Shown here piece after piece: positions 59,349 through 64,000 of a DNA stretch of 64,000 nucleotides. Location: contig JACDEL010000004.1 in NCBI GenBank assembly GCA_013816405.1, positions 3,475 to 67,474 of the forward strand. The letters run 5' to 3'. This DNA is from Chloroflexota bacterium (GTDB taxonomy: Bacteria > Chloroflexota > Limnocylindria > QHBO01). A model generated the notes under the pieces. It was not told where the DNA came from. It saw nothing but the letters and a program-made list of their open reading frames with translations, and made no database searches. Position 1 is the first letter of the stretch. Each line of letters begins with the position of its first letter. The position numbers were made by a program, and so were the translations under genes.

Positions 59349-60259
59349 GCGGTCACGATCCAGTTCGGCGCGTCGACGATCTCGCTGATCTTCAGGTCGC
59401 AGGCCACGCTGCACAGGAGGTAGGCGTCGATCGGATCGATGCCGTGCTCGCGGCCGAGGTAGTCGATCATGCGGCGGGTTGCCTCGCGTGCCGCGGTCAT
59501 CAGGTCAGGGCCGACGCCGTCGGTGGCGTAGTACGGACCGACGTTGGTCCCGCGCGCCAGCGGACCGGGGGTCAGGAACTCCGGCGCGGTGACGTGCAGG
59601 TCCTTGCGGACCGAAAGGCGCACCCGCGCCCGCATCGGGGTCTCAATCGCCGTGCCGCACACCTCGCCGTCCCCCTGGGCGGCGTGGCCGTCGCCCAGTG
59701 AAAAGCGTCCCCCGCGGGCGAAGACGGGGAGGTAGAGCTTCGTCCCAGCCGTCAGGTGCCGGGTGTCCATGTTGCCGCCGAACACGTCGGGTGGGATGGT
59801 CGAGTGGGCGCCGTCGGTCGGCGGGGCAACTCCAAGCTCGCCGCAGAACGGGGCGAGCGGGATGTGGACGCCGGGCAGGAACTCGGCCATCCCCTCGGCC
59901 AGGCGAGTGATGCGCAGGGCGGGGTCGGTGAAGTCGTCCGCCAGCAAACCGAAGCCGGGGATGTTCGCCGTCCAGCCCCAGTCCTCAGGGGCAAACTCCA
60001 GCAGCTCGATCTCCAGCGTGTCGCCCGGCTCGGCACCCTCGACCGCGATCGGTCCATTCACCTGGTCGACCCGCGAGAAGTCGAGGTTGGCCAGGTCGGC
60101 CACCGTCGAATCCCTCGTGATCTGGCCGCCTGACGCATCCAGCGCGTCGATCTCCACGACGTCGCCGCTGGCGACGGTTGCGATCGGCTCGATGGATCGG
60201 TCCCAGGCGAGGTGGAACTGCTCGCGACCGATGCGCACGGATGGCTGCGATGTATCCAT
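59321..60259 (-). CDS. Acetamidase/formamidase (FmdA_AmdA family)
   Basis: 312 aa from MDTSQ. ..GPIAVEGAEPGDTLEIEL.. and ..GNMDTRHLTAGTKLYLPVFARGGRFSLGDGHAAQGDGEVCGTAIE.. are family hallmarks. Confidence 0.75.
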   Translation of the reverse strand: MDTSQPSVRIGREQFHLAWDRSIEPIATVASGDVVEIDALDASGGQITRDSTVADLANLDFSRVDQVNGPIAVEGAEPGDTLEIELLEFAPEDWGWTANIPGFGLLADDFTDPALRITRLAEGMAEFLPGVHIPLAPFCGELGVAPPTDGAHSTIPPDVFGGNMDTRHLTAGTKLYLPVFARGGRFSLGDGHAAQGDGEVCGTAIETPMRARVRLSVRKDLHVTAPEFLTPGPLARGTNVGPYYATDGVGPDLMTAAREATRRMIDYLGREHGIDPIDAYLLCSVACDLKISEIVDAPNWIVTAYCPLSIFG

Positions 60260-60341
60260 GGCCGCGATGTTAATGCCGAAGCAGGCCATGCAGGCGCTAG
60301 GATCAGGTCGATCTCTGAGGCAGGCATTCCAGGAGCCGCCG

Positions 60342-60596
60342 ATGTACACCGTCGAAGACGCGACGTTCGAGCAGGCGAGGGCCATCCTCTCCGCGCTGGC
60401 GCGTGAGCTCGACGCCCAGCTGGCATCCCGGTCGCAGCATCCGGTCGATCTCCACGAGCTGATCAGGGGTGGCGCGCCCAGGGATGTCGAGGCGGGCGTC
60501 GAGGCGGGCTACCCGCATTCGATCGCGGAGAAGCTCGAGAAGTCCTTCCCCATCAATGAGCTGTTCCCGCGCGGGCGTCGTGCCCGCAGCGCGTAG
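60342..60596 (+). CDS. Small hypothetical protein (84 aa)
   Basis: AGGAG 6 nt upstream of ATG 60342. No motif. Confidence 0.3.
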   Translation: MYTVEDATFEQARAILSALARELDAQLASRSQHPVDLHELIRGGAPRDVEAGVEAGYPHSIAEKLEKSFPINELFPRGRRARSA

Positions 60597-60616
60597 CCGA
60601 CGTCACGGTCGCGCCG

Positions 60617-61450
60617 ATGGAAGCTGACGAGGCGGAGCGGATCTTCGACGAGTTTGCCGAGGCGTACCGCGACTGGTGGGGGCCGATCATCGCTCCCGCA
60701 GCGCTCCAGGTCCTCGACGACGTCGAGGTGCCGAGCGGCGACCCATCGCCCTTCGACCTCCTGGACCTCGGGACCGGCACCGGCGTCCTCGCGGTGGCTG
60801 CCCTCGCGCGCTGGCCCGGTGTCCATGTCCTCGGCATCGACCTGTCGGGTCACATGCTCGAACTGGCCGCTGAGGCGGCTCGGCGGCGGTCGCCCGCGGA
60901 CGCGCCCCGCTTTCGAACGGTCGTCGCCGGTGCCGATCGGATGCCGCTGGCCGACCGCAGCGTCGACGTGGCGGCCTCGTCCTTCGTGATCCAGCTCGTC
61001 CCGAGTCGGGCGCGGGCTTTGCGCGAGGTGCTCCGGGTGCTCCGCCCGGGCGGCATCTTCGCGTGTCTGACCTGGCAGGAGGACGACCTGCGGTTCGCGC
61101 CCGACGAAGCCTTCTCCGATGCGCTCGATGAGCTGCAGATCATCCCGCCGCCCGACGATCGCGATGTCCACCCGTATACCTCCGCCGCCGCCGCCGCCGC
61201 GGAGTTCCGCCGCGCCGGCTTCCGGGAAGTGAACGCCAGCGACGTGTGGCTGGAGCATCGGTTCACACCGGAGAGCTACCTGGACCTGCTCGAGCACTGG
61301 ATCGAACGCGAGGTCTTTGCGAGCCTGGACGCGGAGTCGCGGGGCCAGCTGCGCGCGGTCGCGCTGCGGATGATGGGCGAGCTCCGACCGGACGCCTTCC
61401 TCTGGCGGCGCCCCCTCGTGCGGGTGGTAGGCCGGCGGCCGTCCCGCTGA
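60617..61450 (+). CDS. Class I SAM-dependent methyltransferase
   Basis: LLDLGTGTGVLAVAA (motif I), ..RPGGIFACLTW.. post-II. Confidence 0.75.
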   Translation: MEADEAERIFDEFAEAYRDWWGPIIAPAALQVLDDVEVPSGDPSPFDLLDLGTGTGVLAVAALARWPGVHVLGIDLSGHMLELAAEAARRRSPADAPRFRTVVAGADRMPLADRSVDVAASSFVIQLVPSRARALREVLRVLRPGGIFACLTWQEDDLRFAPDEAFSDALDELQIIPPPDDRDVHPYTSAAAAAAEFRRAGFREVNASDVWLEHRFTPESYLDLLEHWIEREVFASLDAESRGQLRAVALRMMGELRPDAFLWRRPLVRVVGRRPSR

Positions 61451-61484
61451 GGGCGCACTCGCCACCGCGGACTATCATCCGTTC

Positions 61485-61973
61485 GTGGGCAAGAGGGTCG
61501 CGGGCGAAAAGGCTGCAGCCAAGATGAACGCGAGAGTGAAGGACCTCGATGGGGAGGCTGAGGCCTGGCACCGCCTGCACGCGGTGATGTACCGGATCAC
61601 GCCGAAGATGGCGGAGGTGCCCGGCTACTTCCGCGAGGGCTGGACCGCCAAGGATGCGGTCGCCCACCTCGGGACGTGGATGGCGGATGGTGCCCAGATG
61701 CTGCGGCGGATCGCCGCGGGCACCTATCGCGAGGGCGAGCTGGACGTCGACGCCGAGAACGAGCGCTTCCTGGCCGCCATGCGCGACATCCCGCTCGACG
61801 TCGTCCACCTTCAGGCCGCATCGGCCCGCGCGGAGCTGCGCCGCGCATGGGCGGAGCTGCCCGAGGTCACTCCCGGCGCTGAGTTCTGGCTCCGCAAGGC
61901 CGGGCCTGACCACATGGCCGAACATTTGCCGCGGCTCGAAGCGTGGGTTGACGAGCAGGAAGCGAAAGCCTAG
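61485..61973 (+). CDS. DinB-like (maleylpyruvate isomerase N-terminal-domain-like) protein
   Basis: ..GWTAKDAVAHLGTWMADGAQML.. and C-terminal ..HMAEHLPRLEAW.. fit the DinB_2 His triad. Confidence 0.45.
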   Translation: MGKRVAGEKAAAKMNARVKDLDGEAEAWHRLHAVMYRITPKMAEVPGYFREGWTAKDAVAHLGTWMADGAQMLRRIAAGTYREGELDVDAENERFLAAMRDIPLDVVHLQAASARAELRRAWAELPEVTPGAEFWLRKAGPDHMAEHLPRLEAWVDEQEAKA

Positions 61974-62006
61974 CCAGGGGATCGGTACCCCGACGGAATC
62001 GACACC

Positions 62007-62742
<736 letters not shown>

Positions 62743-62746
<4 letters not shown>

Positions 62747-63486
62747 CCCTGGGCGCGGTAGCCGAGACCCTTATCACCCGCGGTCAGCGTCAGGCGGTCT
62801 CCATCAATGCTGGCCGCGAAGCCGGTTGAGAGCACCTCCAGGATGTGCGTGTCCTGGTCGCCGAGCGGCGCGGCGCATCCGATCGTGTCGTACGGGTCGA
62901 GCGTCACCTGCACCGGCCCCTCGGAGAGGGTGTATCGGCCCGTGACCTCGCGGCAACCGGTTGATGCGGAGATCGTGCCATCGCCGCCCAGCTGCAGCGT
63001 CGCCTGGGCGACCGTCGACGAAGCCGCCTCGCCGCTGATCAGCGATTCGAGGATCCAGGTCGTGCCGACGAAGGGCGCATTCGCGACGGGCGCGACTCGT
63101 GTATAGCGGAGCTCCACCTGCGGCCCGCTCAGAACAAGGCTATTGCCGTTGTGCGTCGCGGTGGTGACCCGAGGCAGCGCTGCCAGGTAGGCCGCCTCGG
63201 AGGCCATCAGGTTCTCCTGGCATGCCATCTCGGTCATCGACAGGGCGGAGATGACAACGGAGCCCCCGGCTATCTGGATCGTGCCGCCGTAGCTGTTGCA
63301 GGCGGCGCTCCCGCCGACCTGCGTCCCATCGACATTCAGCGTGATGCGGCTGCCTGCCACGATCGGGACCGGTTGGCCCTGGTTGGTGCCGGCCTGAAGC
63401 TGCCATTGGCCGTCGAGCGAGGCCGATGCCCCGGCATGAAGGAGGGAGCAGCCAGACAACAGCAACATGAGGATGAGTGCTTTCAT
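62743..63486 (-). CDS. META-domain (HslJ-like, DUF306) lipoprotein with two META repeats
   Basis: Lipobox LLSGCS. Two copies of the ..GxWxL..G...........TL.F..DG...G.SGCN.Y.G.Y pattern. Confidence 0.6.
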
Positions 63487-63531
63487 GCCGGCAGGACGCC
63501 ATGGCGGCCACTTCAGTTGCCCGTTGGGGCC

Positions 63532-63924
63532 TCAGAAGTCGCGCCTGCCCTCGAAGTGCTCGCCAGCCTCCGGTCGTTTAAGCTGGTAGATGGCGAGCCG
63601 ATGGCCTCCCGGCGTTCGGAACGGACAGACCGGTCCATGCGGAATCTCAAAGGTCGGCTCTGGCTGCCAGCCCCGCCGTTCGAGCTCTCGCATGGCCTTC
63701 TCGAGGTGTTCGACGCGATACACCAAGACCGGCTGGTCGCCTTCCAGATGGCCTGCCAGCAGGACGCGGGGCGGGCCTCCTGTCAGGTCGACCATCGCGA
63801 CCCGGGTTCCCATCCCTTCCACCGCGAAGATGAGGCGGCCGCCCAGGACATCCGTGAAGTAGGCCATGTCCGAGGCCACGTCAGCGCTCGGCATGTAGAC
63901 GAAATCGAGCTGCTCGAACGTCAC
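63532..63924 (-). CDS. VOC-family (glyoxalase/bleomycin-resistance fold) protein
   Basis: 130 aa. ..LDFVYMPSADVASDMAYFTDVLGGRL.. and a C-terminal beta-alpha-beta-beta-beta half. Confidence 0.65.
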   Translation of the reverse strand: MTFEQLDFVYMPSADVASDMAYFTDVLGGRLIFAVEGMGTRVAMVDLTGGPPRVLLAGHLEGDQPVLVYRVEHLEKAMRELERRGWQPEPTFEIPHGPVCPFRTPGGHRLAIYQLKRPEAGEHFEGRRDF

Positions 63925-64000
63925 CCTGTGAGCGTATCAGGCCTCCCCTCGAGCGTGGCAGGCTGCTCTTGTGTCGGTTCCATCTGGTTTTCTCCTTTCG

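Overview
High-GC (~70%) bacterial window. Gene content suggests an actinobacterium-like organism: an F420-type LLM oxidoreductase, HemQ/coproheme decarboxylase, DinB-like proteins and lipobox lipoproteins. Taxonomy is inferred, not proven. The left quarter (1-17 kb) is accessory-like. It holds four same-strand partial copies of the 5' end of a DNA methyltransferase gene (DPPF motif region), each at the border of a different gene block. It also holds a twice-repeated ~130-bp promoter/leader module with a conserved short uORF (MAENPLERAV...). Other content here: an orphan MerB-family organomercurial lyase, an AadA/ANT-like nucleotidyltransferase coupled to paralogous membrane proteins, many small NTF2-like/SRPBCC/cupin proteins, and a lipoprotein-cupredoxin-two-component module. 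The middle (19.6-32.3 kb) is a sugar locus whose order resembles the B. subtilis frlBONMD fructosamine (Amadori) operon: GntR regulator, two-SIS protein, ABC uptake system, PfkB kinase. It has an extra 459-aa unknown protein, a second SIS protein and an EamA exporter, and lies next to a divergent fucI plus FGGY-kinase pair. From 32.5 to 40.4 kb is a complete coproporphyrin-dependent heme cluster (hemA-hemC-hemD-hemB-hemQ-hemL-hemE-hemH). A perfect 8-bp palindrome covers the hemA RBS and start codon. The right third encodes amino-acid and nitrogen metabolism functions (polar amino-acid ABC transporter, amidohydrolases, formamidase, APC permease, aminotransferase), paralogous BBE-type FAD oxidases, a flavin monooxygenase and assorted small proteins. 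Several genes carry single-base frameshifts in homopolymer runs, and there is one 4-bp duplication. These could be sequencing errors or real pseudogenes. Many long reverse-strand ORFs in the track are GC-driven artefacts and are not called. No rRNA, tRNA or CRISPR was seen.
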